NCBI GenBank assembly: GCA_004022145.1
Contig: RCNU01000009.1
Length of the DNA: 64,000 nucleotides
Source of the DNA: Paecilomyces variotii
Taxonomy: Eukaryota
Direction: 5' to 3' (one strand)
Of this stretch, positions 13,447 to 27,209 are shown in pieces. The notes beneath the pieces are model-generated. The model saw only the letters and a program-made list of their open reading frames with translations. It had not been told where the DNA came from and did not search any database. Numbering within the stretch: the first letter of the stretch is position 1; every line of letters starts with the position of its first letter. Both the position numbers and the translations under genes were made by a program.

Positions 13447-14684
13447 GATGTCTGTTTTCCACGCAGGGTCTCACCAACTTGAAGTGGACAACTTCTCCAC
13501 CAGTTAAAAGAAAACTTATTTTTTTTTTTGGAGATGGACCCTGTTGTCTCTTGAATGCCCTTCTCCTGTACCACACAAGCAGGTAGACCTTGTTCGGATT
13601 TTCGCAAATATTCAACCCTTCACCGTACAATCCAGGACTATTTCATGACCAGTTTCATACTAATGACCTGTGTCGAATCTCAGAGGTAAAGGGCGTGAGA
13701 GTCTGAATTACGGCTTCACGAGCTCAAATTCACCCAGTCGATGAAAAGAAGTGGCAGATAGTTGAAGCCGAACATCGTAGAGGAATCGGGCTGCGTGGTA
13801 GCTGAAGCCAGCAGGATAATTGACTGCAGATCGCTGAAGCGCACAGTGTTCGATAGATTTCGACGCAATGTTCGAAAAATCCGAGCTTCAACTGTACAGG
13901 CGTAATCTTAAGGCCGATTGAACCATATAACCAAACGTCATACGTCTCCCCGCAATGGAGCCGCAGAGCGAAAGTCAACTTGATGGATGCTGCTGCGTCT
14001 TAATATTGGGGGGCAGATCGCAAGGGACTATCTGTAGAGTCCGTAGAAGTAAGCATGTAACTCAGGCGCAAGTCCTAAGAGGCGCATCAAAGAGAAGATT
14101 ACACCTTTGAATGAAAAGGGACAGTGTCAGCCCGCAAGACACGGTAACTCACCACGACCACGTCAAACCCACTACGGGAGCCAGACCTCAAGCAATGGAT
14201 TTAATGCCCCGCGTTAAGCCCCTCGACAAGACGAAGAGGTTCTTGTCCAGATTGGAGGCAATCGTTTCGATGATCAGTCCCCTAGAAAGAGTTTCGACAC
14301 CCCGGGGGAGCTTTGTTGCTGCTTAGCGCTTATCAGTCACGTGGAATCCCGACAGCGATTTAGCGCATGCCAAGTCAAACGCGCCCGAAGTGGCCAAACG
14401 GGCCGGAAGCCGGAGGGAATTAGACTCAACCATGCCATTATTGAGCAAATTATTGAAGCAAGCTAAGTGGGCACATTATTCTTAGGCAGTTAAGTTTTAC
14501 TACTAACTAGTGAATTAATTTACTTGGATTATGACATGCCATCATGATCTAAGGGATCTCTCTGTGAAACAACAATCTTCTTCGTGGTCCTTCGTATCCC
14601 TGCCGTCTATTTTAATTAGACTATGTAGTTGACACACTTTTGGTAGTTACTCATGATCGTCAATCAAATAATGACAGCAATTCG

Positions 14685-16705
14685 TCACTTAAGGTAAGTA
14701 GGCAATGCCTGCGTTCCCTCCTCGGCCATCTTAGCATTAGTCCGTGCGGCAGCTTCCGCAGTCATCTTGAGGGCTGCCGGTGCATCTTCTTGCGGCATAT
14801 AGAGTTCCACGAGCTTGAGAACAGTCAGCAACAGTTGTCAGCGTCATGGTCATATTCACTTACCTGCAGGCACGGGGCGGAGGAGAAGGTCTCGTCAGCA
14901 AAGAGCTTAGTCAACTCATCGCGAGTCTTGATTTGATAACCCTTGTATTCCTTCGCCCCGAACGCAGTGGGGATATCCTTGAACTTCCACGTTTGGATGT
15001 CGTTGTATTCGTCCTTCCAGCCATGAATGTACCGCTCAATAGTATATCCGTTGTTGCATATCACGAATCTGAGGTAGTGCGTCAGCAGCTTTACCACGGA
15101 CTATTACTGAGGACTTTCTTTCTCCTTTCCAAACATGTTCAGAACTCACATTATTGGTTTCAATCCGTTCCTCAGCATTGTGCTCACTTCTTGGACAGTA
15201 AGCTGGAAGCTACCATCGCCGACAAAAAGGATGGTTCGACGGTTAGAACCGTCATCCTTAGCAGCCAGTGCGGCACCTTGGCAAGCTCCAACAGAGTACC
15301 CGATACTGCCCCAAAGCACTTGACTCACAGCAGTAACTCCTTTGGGAAACCTTGTTTCCCATATTCCGAAGTTTGCTGTTCCCGTCTCTGTGATGATGAT
15401 GTCGTTCTCCTTCATCCACTGCCCGACAATTGGCCACAGCCAATTATGAGTGATTGTCTTATCGCTCGACGTCTTCTCCTCCTGAGGAAGCGCGTTCGAG
15501 ATCTTGGGGGGAGACGAGACATTCAATTTACCCATCTTCTGGATGACCTTTCTCAAAACACCTTTCATGTTGATGTCTGGGTACTCGGAGTATCGCACGC
15601 GTACATAATTACTGTGGAAATCAATCGTATTAAGCTGCCCGATGCGGTAGGTGAAACCTGCGGTATTGAAGTCGGATTTGATTGCCCCGATGCTAAGAAT
15701 GAGGTCGGAGGATTCCACACGCTCGCGAACACCTTGGTTTGATCCGTCGCCTGCGTAGACACCTCCATAGTTGGGATGTGTCTCATTAATAGCTCCTTTA
15801 CCCATGGGGGCGACGAAAGCCGGCAAGCCAGAAGCCTGGATGAGGTCATGAACTTCTTCGAGAACACGGTGACGAATGGCGCAAGCGTCAACTAGAATAA
15901 CAGGGCTCTTGGCTGCATGAAGGGATTTTAGGACCACATCGACCACGTAGTCTTCTTTCTCCGGATCGTTATTGGGTAGCGAGAGGTCGATTGGTGTCTT
16001 CAGGCGCTCTCCTTCAACCTTTTTCTGAACAATGTCAGTTGGCAGAGTGATGTAAACTGGCCTACTCCGGACCCAGCATTCTCTAATAGCGTTGTCTATT
16101 AACGTCGCCGCCTCCTGAGCGTCGTTAAGCCTCGCAACGTTGCAAGATATACAAGCACTCATGTTCGTAAAGACATTGAAGTCCCCATTTCCAAGCGTGT
16201 GGTGGAGTAGCATTCCACTCCTCTGTGACAATGTACTTGGCTGCCCGACAATGTGGACAACGGGGACGTATTCTGAGTAGGAACCTGCAATAGCATTCAG
16301 AGCCGAAAGCTCACCCACACCAAATGTGGTAACCAGGGCACTGATTCCCTTCAGTCGAGCATAACCGTCAGCAGCATATCCTGCAAGCAGAAACCATGTC
16401 AGCAACCGGTCATATCTTGTGTTATGCATAGTATTCGGGACTGTACCGGCATTCAATTCGTTGGTGTTTCCAACCCAATCGAGACCGACTTTAGGAATAT
16501 AATCCAATGCTACCAGGTTATAGTCCCCTATAAACGAAGAAGTTAGTCTTCTGTCATAGGGCATCTCTCTAACCAGCATTTGAACAGGGTAATTACCGGG
16601 TACGCCATGCACCGATCGAACTCCCACCTCGTGGAGCCTTCTGAAGAGATATTCTGCGACGTCAATAGGAGACTTGAGCTCCCTTGTCGCGATATCAGTG
16701 GCCAT
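14685..16705 (-). CDS. pdcA: Pyruvate decarboxylase (TPP-dependent), multi-exon
   Basis: Motifs [45 protein letters not shown] motif GDGSFQLT...NNGYTIER. Last exon [12 protein letters not shown]...PTYLK ends at TGA 14685. Confidence 0.95.
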
Positions 16706-17209
16706 CTTCTGCTGGCTGCAATTAAACTATGACTCTGTATGTTGCGATTGTAATGGGCAGCGCAATACCTTCCCAGGCTCCTTGAGTAAAGGCAGGGAGA
16801 TCGACTAGTCAAAAACCCTGTAATCACCAGGGGAAATATTCAAATGGAAAAAAGGTACTGAATATTAAGATGGTCGACCCAGAGTTATGGGAGAGAATGA
16901 TGGCTATTTTGCGGATGACAACGGAGAGCCATGACTAGCAGATGATGTCATGACAGAATAGTGTCCTTCCTTGATAGAGTGGTTATCTCTCTGCCCCGCG
17001 TATACGCGTTCATCGAGTTTCCAGGCCACATCAGGTTAGTTTGTGAACCAGATGGATTTAATTTGACTAAGTGCTTATATGCCCATTTGTAGTATGTAGT
17101 ATGCTTCGTCTCCAGTTCTATTCTTGGAGCAATGGGAAATGGATGATCTGCGCGGAATTGACCACTAGATAGCTGAAGATAGAACCCCGCGCCGCTTTGG
17201 AGTGTAATA

Positions 17210-17219
17210 ATCACGTGAC
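17210..17219. promoter_or_regulatory. E-box ATCACGTGAC in the divergent pdcA/THUMP promoter
   Basis: Palindromic TCACGTGA core about 500 nt upstream of the pdcA ATG; a bHLH (Cbf1/SREBP-type) consensus. Confidence 0.45.
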
Positions 17220-17584
17220 CCATGACTGACCAGCTTACTGAACATTTCGTAGTTAGTAGTAGTAGTTACAACAAACTGCATCCCATCGGGTCAGTAGTCT
17301 GGAATAGAAAAGGAGATCCACTTCATAAATTATTCGGGGTCACTATTTCGGTGCGTCGCCGTCTCCGCGCTTATCGTTGTTCCCGCGCGGGAGGGCGATA
17401 AGTACATACATCGCGATTAAACCCACTAAAACAAAATGATCGTGGCTAACCCCACCAATTAGGGAACCCGAGAAATCTCAGTATCACCTAACTATCCAGA
17501 TCGAGGCCAAACTCTCAGGAACAGCCCGACTTTTACAAGAGAAAGACAGCAGAATATCCATCTCTCTTATTTTAGAGTGTGTGC

Positions 17585-18925
17585 ATGGCTGAGCAAAAGA
17601 AAAGAGCTATGGCGGGTCCTGATCGGTCATCGAAAAGAAGAAAAGTAGGTTTCGAAATTGCGCTCCTTGTACGCTTGAGATATATGTACACGTCCTATTC
17701 ATGTTCTACGTTGGAATTCATGGGTTTTTGTTTCACTCAGCTCAACAAATACGTTGCTAACCTGCTATAGGGGGGCGATAAACGGTACAAGCAGCAGACC
17801 CAAAAGAAAGTCGCCATCGAATCCGGTGATTCTGGCGTCTTTGTGACATGCGACATAGGCAGAGAGCACAAAGCGTCCATGGAAGCACTTGATCTTTTCT
17901 CTGAGGCAAGTACTACTCCAATCCTTCTATTTGAGTGCGCCCAGCCTCTGTTCCTGATTCAGCTTTCGGCTAGCTGACGCAGGGCCTTCTCCCATAGAAA
18001 GTGGGGAATAACGAGGATGATGTACCCGAAACTGAAGACTCAGGTGCTGATGAGGATGATATCGAAACCCAAATCAGAAAGGAAATGGAGGGTCTGAAGC
18101 CCAAGTCGGGTGGTAACCGTCGATTCCAAGTGATTAAGATGGAAATGCCGTGCAGTGCGTCAATTCGTATAGAATGGAATATTTGACAGGAATCAGATAT
18201 AACTGACTCTCTACAGTGTCATTTATTAGACTCGACAAGTCGATAGATCCTGTGGATCTGGTCCACAGCATATGTGTTGACGCTCAAAAAAATCCCGACA
18301 AGAAGAGAAGCCGCTGGATTATGAGGATGACCCCCGTCACTGCCATTCGAAAGACCCTCAGCGTAAACCTGGAAGACTTTGCGAAGGAAATCCTTAAGCC
18401 TCACTTCCATTCTGGTGGACCTCCGAAGAAGGTGTGTCCCTCTCCCCGCGAACGGACGAAGAAGAAAAAGAGAATGCATTCCTAAACCGGATATCCTATC
18501 TTGCATGCAACTGATTATTCAGTCGCTCACATGCTTTTGGGTCTCTTTGCTAATTCAGTGCAGTACGCCATCCGTCCTAATGTGAGAAGTAACAAACAAT
18601 GGGGACGGGATATCATCATCAAGACAGTAGCAGATGCAGTCGGTCCGGGCCACAGCGTTGATCTCAAAAACTATGACCTTATCATTTTGGTCGACGTCGT
18701 CCAGGTAAGCAAGCCATTTCACGGTCCAAGCCATCTTGTATGTCCGTGCAGTGGTCACGCTGACAGTCGACCTCTCTACAGAATGTTATTGGAATGAGCG
18801 TTGTCGGCAGTGACTATGACTCGCTCAAGCGCTTCAACCTGGCAGAACTCTACAATCCAGCCGACAAGCCACAAGAATCTCGTGTAGGCTTAGCTGAGGC
18901 CGCTGAGCCAGGATCCAAGGAATAG
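17585..18925 (+). CDS. TAN1: THUMP-domain protein (Tan1-like tRNA acetylation adaptor), 6 exons
   Basis: Spliced model: MAEQKK... / ...IESGDSGVFVTCDIGRE... / ...DIETQIRKEMEGLK... / ...SRWIMRMTPV... / YAIRPNVR...HSVDLKNYDLIILVDV / NVIGMSVVGSDYDSLKRFNL, stop at 18923-18925. Second intron is GC-AG. Confidence 0.85.
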
Positions 18926-19980
18926 AGTTTTGGGTAGCTAAGTGGATTCTTTCCTCCTGCCACAGTATACAAAATGATATACAAGCCGCGCGGGTATCTA
19001 CCGGACATGGCATGATACCAAAAAAGATGATTACATAACGGATTACTTTGGATTCTGGAATGACCTGCTGTAACCTCGGCCCAAGGCTGGTCGACAGATG
19101 TATTTTTTATCAGATCAAGTTCGTGCGTCTTCTAGAACGGGCATTTCAACAGCGTATCGCAAACTCTTGCCCCGAGCGTGGAGATGAGCGCTTCTACACG
19201 ACCAAACCCGTTAAAGGATTTCGGCGACATTACTTGTCCTGGAAGCAGCGGCAGCGAACGACCTTGCAGACGCCTAAGATCCCCGATCTTGGTCGTTCCG
19301 ACTCGTTCGTCCTCGGCGAGGTGGTTTCAGATCGTCTAAGCCAGCCAGGACCTCGCCAAAATCCCGATGTGATTGGGCAATGCCAAGCGAGTTCCCATCG
19401 ACCTCAAGGAAGCCTTTCTCAGAGCGGGAGACTTAGGCGAGTCCGCAAGATCGGCGGGGCGGAGACCCTTTGTCTCGCATCGTCTCGGGAACCACATGGC
19501 GGCATGGCCCGCACTGGCGCTTGAATAATTCCTTTCCTACGCTCGTTTGCATCCAACATGGCTCTTCTACGGTTCTACCACTGTTTAGTGCTTCCTTATG
19601 GTTAACGCACCGCTCCAGTGTGCCGAAGCCCTCGTTTCAGTTGGATCCAAGATCTCGGTATATGGTCCTATACAGATGGCTTCCTTCAGTGTGACGGGCC
19701 ACCCTGCGGCCATTACCCCCCTCCTGCCCGGAGGAATCGTGCCTGTTGCTTCCAGATACCTAATGGGTGCTCGTGCCCGTGCCTGTTCAGTCGCCCAGCG
19801 GATCTTTTGTCGCTTCTCTGACTTTTCTGTGCCGGGGTGGAGTATCATCTCTTTTAATCATCGCTTGTGCACTTGCGCGTCTGGTCTCAGGCCGAGATGT
19901 AGTGTGGGGTATTATAACAGTCTCAGTATCCATCTCTGACAGTCGTGTCCTATTTCCCTTCTTTCCTTTACCTAGCCAAT

Positions 19981-21096
19981 ATGTCTGTTTCTCTAAAACC
20001 GCCTGCAGGGTCGCTGTCCCTGGAATCACAGAGACCCTTTATAATGTCTATGGCTGCTCTCTCCCCTGTACCGACCCGCCCTGTCGAGCTCCGTAGGCTT
20101 CAGGATATAGTGCAGTCACTTTTCCCAACTACTACCGTCCGGGTCCAAGATGTGCAGGTTCTGGACGGTCACATGCATCCACTGCGTCTTCTGAAGTTGT
20201 CCAACGGTCTGCAGTTAATGCTCAAAACTTCGCCTCGGCCAACAACAGCCCTCTTGCGCAGGGAGCGTTATCTACTGGAGACAGAAGCCAGAGTGCTTGC
20301 CCTTCTTGCCTCGTGTGCCCACCCATGTATTCCACAGCTATTTCTTTTTGATCCAAGTCGTGCGTCTCTGGGCTCGCCGTTTCTCTTTCGCCAATACATA
20401 GGAGGCTGTCCTCTGCATGACATGGAGACACAAATCACGACAAAACAGCGGAGGAATATCGATCGACACTTGGGCTCCCTTGTCAATTTGATTGGTCAGC
20501 AAGTGGCACCGTCTTTTGGATCCTTGGTGAAAGTAGCAGGCGGATTAGGAAGTCCTTCGTGGAAACATGCATATATTTGCATCTTTGAAGAAGTCCTCCG
20601 CGATGCAGAAGACATGTTTATCAATCTTCCATATGCAGAGATCCGGCGCGAGATTGACCGCCTATCACCCGCCCTCGAGGAGGTCACCGTGCCCCGACTG
20701 GTTATCGTCGACTTTGGCAGACCATCCCAAATAATTTTGGACCCTGAATTGAAGCAATTACGCGGTGTTGTTGACCTGGGGAACGCAGTATGGGGGGATG
20801 TTTTGATGGCAGAGATCTTCGAGAACCCGTCATCTGCTGTTCTCGAGGGTTTCGGATCGAGGCTGAATCTCGAAGGCTCAGAAAGGATCCGAATACTGTT
20901 GTGAGTATATTTCTTTCTTACCAAGTCTTTAGTCATTGCAAACTAAGCCTTGCTCACGATGTACAGGTATGCATGCTATCGCTATGTCCAGAAGATTACC
21001 GAGCAATACTATCGGAATCGCAACGAGGCACTCGAAATTCAGGCACGGAGAGGCTTGACTGCGACGCTCCAAAATATCAACGCGATCGAACTTTGA
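19981..21096 (+). CDS. Aminoglycoside-phosphotransferase/choline-kinase-like fold protein, 2 exons
   Basis: Motifs LMLKTSP, LETEARVL, PSFGS, W...F...LRDAEDM, LRGVVDLGNAVWGD. Intron ~20901-20966, then LYACYR...NAIEL stop at 21096. Confidence 0.75.
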
Positions 21097-21298
21097 GCAC
21101 TATCTCGGCGTTTGTTTTATAGCCACTTCGGTCGGCTCCTAACGACATGATGACTTTCTTCTGGCGGTCGATGCATAGTTACCTGGTTTGGCGCAAATCA
21201 TGAGACAGGCTGTGTGGGGCTGCCCTCCTTTCTTTCTTCATTTCCTCTGCATTGTTTTTCTCCAGGAGAGCTAGAAATTAGACAACTTAATACAGATA

Positions 21299-21320
21299 AT
21301 GATCATGATCATGATCATGA
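21299..21320. repeat. Self-complementary (ATGATC)n hexamer repeat
   Basis: atgatcatgatcatgatcatga; a second copy lies at 63664-63686. Confidence 0.8.
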
Positions 21321-21715
21321 TGACGGCCTCAATAGAAGATCTTGAGCTTCATAAAGACCAACATGTTCGAATTTCAGGAGCCCTGCATTAAGTATGCCGG
21401 ATAGACTGGACTTAGTAGTAGAGCATCGTCCGATAATCTTACCAGTACTAACAAACCTGTGGGAATGTCAGACATGATTTTGAAAAGCTCTATCTTCTCG
21501 GAACTCCCCGCGTCTTTATATACTGTAGCGGGGCGAGCTGCCAAGCCACAATGCCGTCAGCTCTCGGCGCCCGCTTCCGCCTGCAGTTCAACAGCCACAG
21601 CCCCTCCACCTAAGGATAAGTACGGTAGTTTACTTCCCCAGCTGCCTCCTCATCCCGTCCATCGTCAATGCCATCGATCTAGGTAGCTTGTCGCTGCCTT
21701 TCCACTGTCGCAGAG

Positions 21716-24700
21716 ATGGCTCATTTCTTGCGAGGCAAGCAGGCCGGTATCCAGAACGACCTGTCTGCTGGTTTAAATCCAGAGCTCTTCGCTGTGGACG
21801 ATGTACGTCTCCGCGGTTCTGCCAATCCGGGGCAGCAAGTTTACTACCCCATAGCTTGAAACATGAACCTAACCATCTATAGTTTGCTCGATATGGAATA
21901 AATTCACAGATTAGCGCAATAGCATACGATCCAGTGCAGTCCTTGCTCGCTGTAGGGACGAGTGATACACAATTTGGCAGCGGTCAGATATACGTTTTCG
22001 GCCAGCGGAGAGTCTCTGTCGTTTTCAACTTCCCGCGAAAGGCGTCTGCAAGATTCGTTCAATTTTGCGCGGACAAGCTCGTAAGCGTCGATTCTAAGAG
22101 TGAGATATGCGTATTCTCTCTCGCGACGAAGAAATTGCTAGTGTCCTATGCTCCTCCGGGCCTCGTCTCTTCACTGCTGACAGACCCGAGTCTGGATTAC
22201 GCGTTCATCGGTCTACAGAACGGTTTGGATCCCATACAGCCTATCATCTTGATTGGAGACTTACAGCATGGCAGGGGATATCATTGCGTACGATCTCGAC
22301 CGCGAATCCTTGACGCCCTTCCGCATACCTAATCTCTGGAAGGAGCATAATCCCCGATCGCGGTTGTTCCCTGTCGTGTCGCTAGCTTTCGCACCTCGTG
22401 ACATAGGAAAGCTCCTAGTTGGGTACCCAGAAGGTGCGGTGACATTCTCGTTCAAGCAGAATATCGCCCAAAAGTACTTCGAATATGAGATTCCGCCAGG
22501 TGCCCCGGGCGGTTACTCGGATGTAGCAATGGCCCAGGAGCTGCGCCGGCCGAAATTGACGAAGGCACTATGGCATCCCACTAACACTTTTGTCTTGACT
22601 GTGCATGAGGATTCAAGTCTAGTATTTTGGGATCCCAAGGATGGCCGCCTGGTGATGGCAACGACGATCCACGACGCCAACATAAACGTGCCAGGAGCGA
22701 TGTCTGAAAGACGAGATTCACAGCAGATGCTTCCATCTGCAAAAGAACCTATTCGCCAGATTGCCTGGTGTGCGAAGAACAACCCTGACGACACCGGTCT
22801 CCTCATAGCCGGTGGTCATCCAACAACGGAGACCAACAAAGGACTGACGTTTCTTGACTTTGGGCCGACCCCGAACTATCAGACTTCGTCATGGCAGGTT
22901 CTCTCCAAACATTTCGAGTCTCCCAAAAGGCGTATTACACTACCAGTCCCGCCAGGCGCAGACGTCGTCGATTTCTGTCTCATTCCGCGTTCGTCGCCAT
23001 ATTTTGCTGGTGCTCATGATCCGATCGCAATTATCGCATTATTATCCTCTGGTGAACTACTGACGATGAGCTTCCCTAGCGGACATCCTATCAGCCCCAC
23101 CAACATGCTCCACGTCTCTTTGGCTTTTGTTCACCCATTTGTCAATAAAATCTCACTCACGCCTGTGGACCGCTCACCTTGGCTAGGGTTGAAAGAGCGA
23201 CGATCTCAGGGACCCAAGTTCCTGATTGGCGGTGCTGAGGCGAAGAAAAACTTGAAGCGCTTTGAGGACCGTACAATCGTCTCAACTGCTCATGCGGATG
23301 GAACAGTCCGTATTTGGGATGCTGGCCATGATGATGAAATTGAAAATGGAGACGTAATTCAGGTCGATTTGGCTCGTGCTGTGGGCCGCGTCCAAGATGT
23401 GGAGGTGACCCAAATGTCTATGTCTGGAGCGGCAGGGGAATTATCAGTCGGCTTGAAAACTGGAGAAGTTGTAGTATTCAGATGGGGCCGTAACCGGAAT
23501 TTTGGACGTGATATCCCAACCGGGCCCAATGCAGGGCCGGGGGAATTAACAGATATCACCCTAAGGACAGATCCCATTTTGAAGGATGGCCTCTTGCCAT
23601 TAACTCTATTGGATATGCAGCAAGGGCCCGTGACTGCACTGAAACATAGCGACGTCGGATTCATATGCGCCGGGTTCGAGGGAGGGAGCTTGGCACTCAT
23701 CGATCTGCGTGGACCGGCAGTGATATACTCTGCTCAGATCTCTGACTTCGTAAAGGTCAATAAGCGGAGTAGCATCAGAAAGAGCCGCACACAAGAAGGT
23801 GCTCCATCTGAGTGGCCCACGTGCATCGAGTTCGGCGTCTTAACGCTGGATGGAGAAGGTAAGCAGACTCGTAAACCCTGGCAGAAAACCATACTGATAT
23901 GGTGCATCAGATTACTCGAGTATCTGCTGTTTTGTTGGTACGAACCGAGGGAATCTGGCGACATTCAAAATTTTACCATCCAATACTGGGGCTTATACCG
24001 CCGTGTTAGCCGGTATCACCTCCCTCGATGATAAAGTCATAAGCATCAGTCCCATCGATGCGGAAAAGGGGAATCCTGCGCTGGCAACCGCAAAGGCTGT
24101 TGCGGGTCTCAGGACCGGTTTCAAACTCAATGGGGTGATTGTCGTTGTGACTCCATCGGGTTGTAGGATATTCAAACCGGCAACCTCCAAAGGAGCCTAT
24201 AAAAGCTGGGACGATTTCCTGTGTGACTCGGCTGCGGTGGTCAAGACTGAAGGCAGAGGTTATAGTCTTGTCGGCCTCTTTGGCGACGGAAACGTTCGTG
24301 CCTACTCCATCCCGTCTTTGAAGGAGATCGGAAGCTCCAGAATCGATCACTTAGTGGATATGAGGCGACTTTCAGAAGCTTTGATCTCCCCTACTGGCAA
24401 TATCCTTGCTTGGATAGGTCCATCTGAAGTGGGCTTGTTGCGGGCCTGGGGAGCTGGCATCGGAATGTATGTGACAGTGCCAGCGATTAAGTACGTTATA
24501 GGAAGGGTGAGACTGACAATTCTACAGACAACCCTCTGCAGACCAACTATTTAATGAGCAGGCGCTCACTCCACCTCGTCCGACAATCTCAAATCTACAG
24601 TGGATCGCCGGCACTCAATATGTGTCTCCTGCGGATATGGATATCCTAAGTAAGTGATCCAGTCCTGCCTCTGTCGCAATTATGCTGACATGTTTGCAGT

Positions 24701-25074
24701 CGGTGGTCCTGATCGGCCCCCTTCCAAGCGCATGTTGGAGCAGATGCGCGTTGAAGAACAAGAACGTCGCAGAGCCGCCCGTGAGGGTCAACGGCCAGGC
24801 CAGTCCCCAGTTGAAAGAAACGATGAAGGTTATATGGCCTACATGTCACGACAGGTCCAAGAGAGAACTGAGAGGCTCAATCTCATGGGAGACACCATGG
24901 ATAGGCTGGAAGAAAACAGCAGCAGCTTTGCAAACGACGTCAGTAAATATGTTCAATCACAGAAACGAAAGATGTTCCTTGGTGGTAAGTCTCTCCAGTC
25001 CCTGATGAACCCGCTGTATGTGCAGTCGAATACTGATGCTCTGAAAAGCCCTAGGCTCTAAGTTCGGCCTCTGA
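21716..25074 (+). CDS. SRO7: Lethal-giant-larvae/tomosyn family exocytosis protein Sro7/Sro77, multi-exon
   Basis: Starts MAHFLRGKQAGIQNDLS; WD40 motifs (AYDPVQSLLAVGT, LWHPTNTFVLTVHEDSSLVFWD); C-terminal R-SNARE-like coil (ERTERLNLMGDTMDRLEENS); ends ALGSKFGL, stop at 25074. Confidence 0.9.
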
Positions 25075-25643
25075 GCATCGCGTGTTTCCATGTACGTATT
25101 AACGGTCGTGAACTTATCTGGTAAAGGGCTGGGACACTTTCTGCAAAGCTTATGATAGATGATACCACTGGAGTTATCCGTTCATTACGACGTTCCATTA
25201 GTGTTTTTTTTTTCCCCTCTCATTCCGAATGCTATACTGTGGCCATGATGGATTCATCCGCTAGCGGATTTGCCATGGCCGTACGCTGTTTACATTGGAG
25301 AATATCTCATTAAAATTGCAGAAATACAAGGAAACTAGAATTGTCTGTCCGTGCTTTTGAAGGGAAATAAAAGACTATTCCGTGATATATACTCGCATAA
25401 GAGATTCTGGAAAGTCACTATAAAAGTTGTGAACAAAGAAAGAAACTGCGCCTGGCCCCCCTAAGTAGCATTATGGCCGGACTCTATCAGATAAAGCAGA
25501 TAATGCGATATATGTTAAATATGGAGGGTGTGCTGGAAATCATCCTGACTCGTGAAGCATTCCTTATAGATCGTAAATCCTGTATTGGCAGTCCCGTTGT
25601 TTTCCCATCCAGAAAAGGAAAGTGCATATCAAAAATCAAAAGC

Positions 25644-26675
25644 TCAGTGGACCATGACTTCGGGCTGCGAGTGTTGCGCAGCGTCGGGCTTAGATACCTC
25701 GTCCTTGTCATCACCCATTTCGACATCGTCATCGCCGTCTCCGCCTTCATCTTCGTCAAGATCTTCCTCGTCGCTGCCACTGCTCTCGGCTTCCAGGTCC
25801 TCACTTTCGGCATCGGAGACGTCCTCCTCCTTAGATGGGCCAGCAGTTTCTTCGGCACCCTCCATCTCCTGGTCTTCACCACCTTCTCTTTCTTCTCCTT
25901 CTCCTCGCTCGGCCTCCTCAAGCTCTCTCATAAGGGCGGCCTCAAGTTCAGCTTCCTCGGCACCATAGTTCGCGCCGTCGTCCTCGAGATTATCCGCATC
26001 CGGTTGTTCAGGAGGATATTCAGCTGGTGCAGATTCCTCGGAGTCCCTAGCAATGCCACGTCAGTTACCCGTCAAAGCCCCACGTGTGCGGTTCAGCATG
26101 CTCACCATTTGATCGCGAAGCGAGTGACCCTAGGCTTCTCCGCAAGCACATTGCGGCGCACGCGCTCAATGATAGGCTTCGCAGGGGGTTCCGCATTGAG
26201 CTCTTCACTATCGTATTCGTTGTTTACATAGTATCCAACGCGAACAAACTCTCTGCCATCGTAGCTGCATGTGAGCAGAATCACGGTGACGCCCAGAATC
26301 TCGGAGGGCGGGATGCGCTTCAGGTCTGGTGGGTCGGCCTCGAAGATGAACTTGTTGACCCCGACAGGGATAGGTCCAACAAGTAAAGAGTCGAGCTCCT
26401 GGTCATGTTCAGATCTTGAATAGTCAGTATGATGAAGCAAATGAGAGGGGTTCCAAGGGACCAACTCACGAAGTAGCGGAACCGACATAAGTAAGCTTCC
26501 ATTCGAGATCTAATCTCCGTTAGTGAGCCGGGATCAGGAATATGCAGAAACCTGTCTTTTAGTCACCTTTTTGAAGCTGTTCAAGGCACTCAAAGGTGAT
26601 TTCGAATTCGTAGGGCGCGAGGAAAGGGGCCGGGTTCTTGAGAACCTTCACTCCGAGAAGGGAGACGACAGACAT
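25644..26675 (-). CDS. ASF1: Histone H3-H4 chaperone Asf1, 4 exons
   Basis: [74 protein letters not shown], followed by an acidic tail. Confidence 0.96.
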
Positions 26676-26906
26676 GGCGGCGAAAGGCGGGGTGGGGTAT
26701 ATGGAACAACAGCTTTTGTGCTTTGATGTGGGAGGAGGCCTGCAGACAACAACAACAAAGGAATCCAAATATGTGAGAAGGGAGAGGAGGCGACGGTGAC
26801 TTTATGTCCCGGGAGGATGAAGGAGGTCTCTTAGCAGCCCCAGAGCGGGATCGACGCGCTGCCCGATTATTGACCGCGTCCTCGCATTCTCGCGCTGCCA
26901 ATTAAC

Positions 26907-26916
26907 GTCACGTGAT
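26907..26916. promoter_or_regulatory. E-box GTCACGTGAT in the divergent ASF1/RNA14 promoter
   Basis: Cbf1-type consensus, flanked by several CGCG (MCB-like) cores at ~26853-26930. Confidence 0.45.
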
Positions 26917-27209
26917 CATCCCTCGCGTGAGAGCTTTGAAGCTTCTGCGGCGAATTTGACAACTACAGCAAGCAACACCCAGCAACCTCTGGGATACCTC
27001 GTCCCCATTACCCACCCGCTCTGGAACGCACCTAGCTCTTTTGCCCTTTGATAACTAATTTAGCTCTCTTTTGATATTATCTCACGTTCATTCCACCTGT
27101 GAGCTAGTCCCTTTGCTGCCGCCAGCTTAGCTCTTTGCTAATCCTCCTTGGCAGCTAGCTTTCTTATTCGCTTCGTTTGTTTTGCTTCAGGACAACACAG
27201 CTTATTATC

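Noticed and set aside
19048-19524. 158-aa ORF between the THUMP and APH-like genes
   Set aside because: No recognisable domain or splice structure; composition fits promoter DNA.
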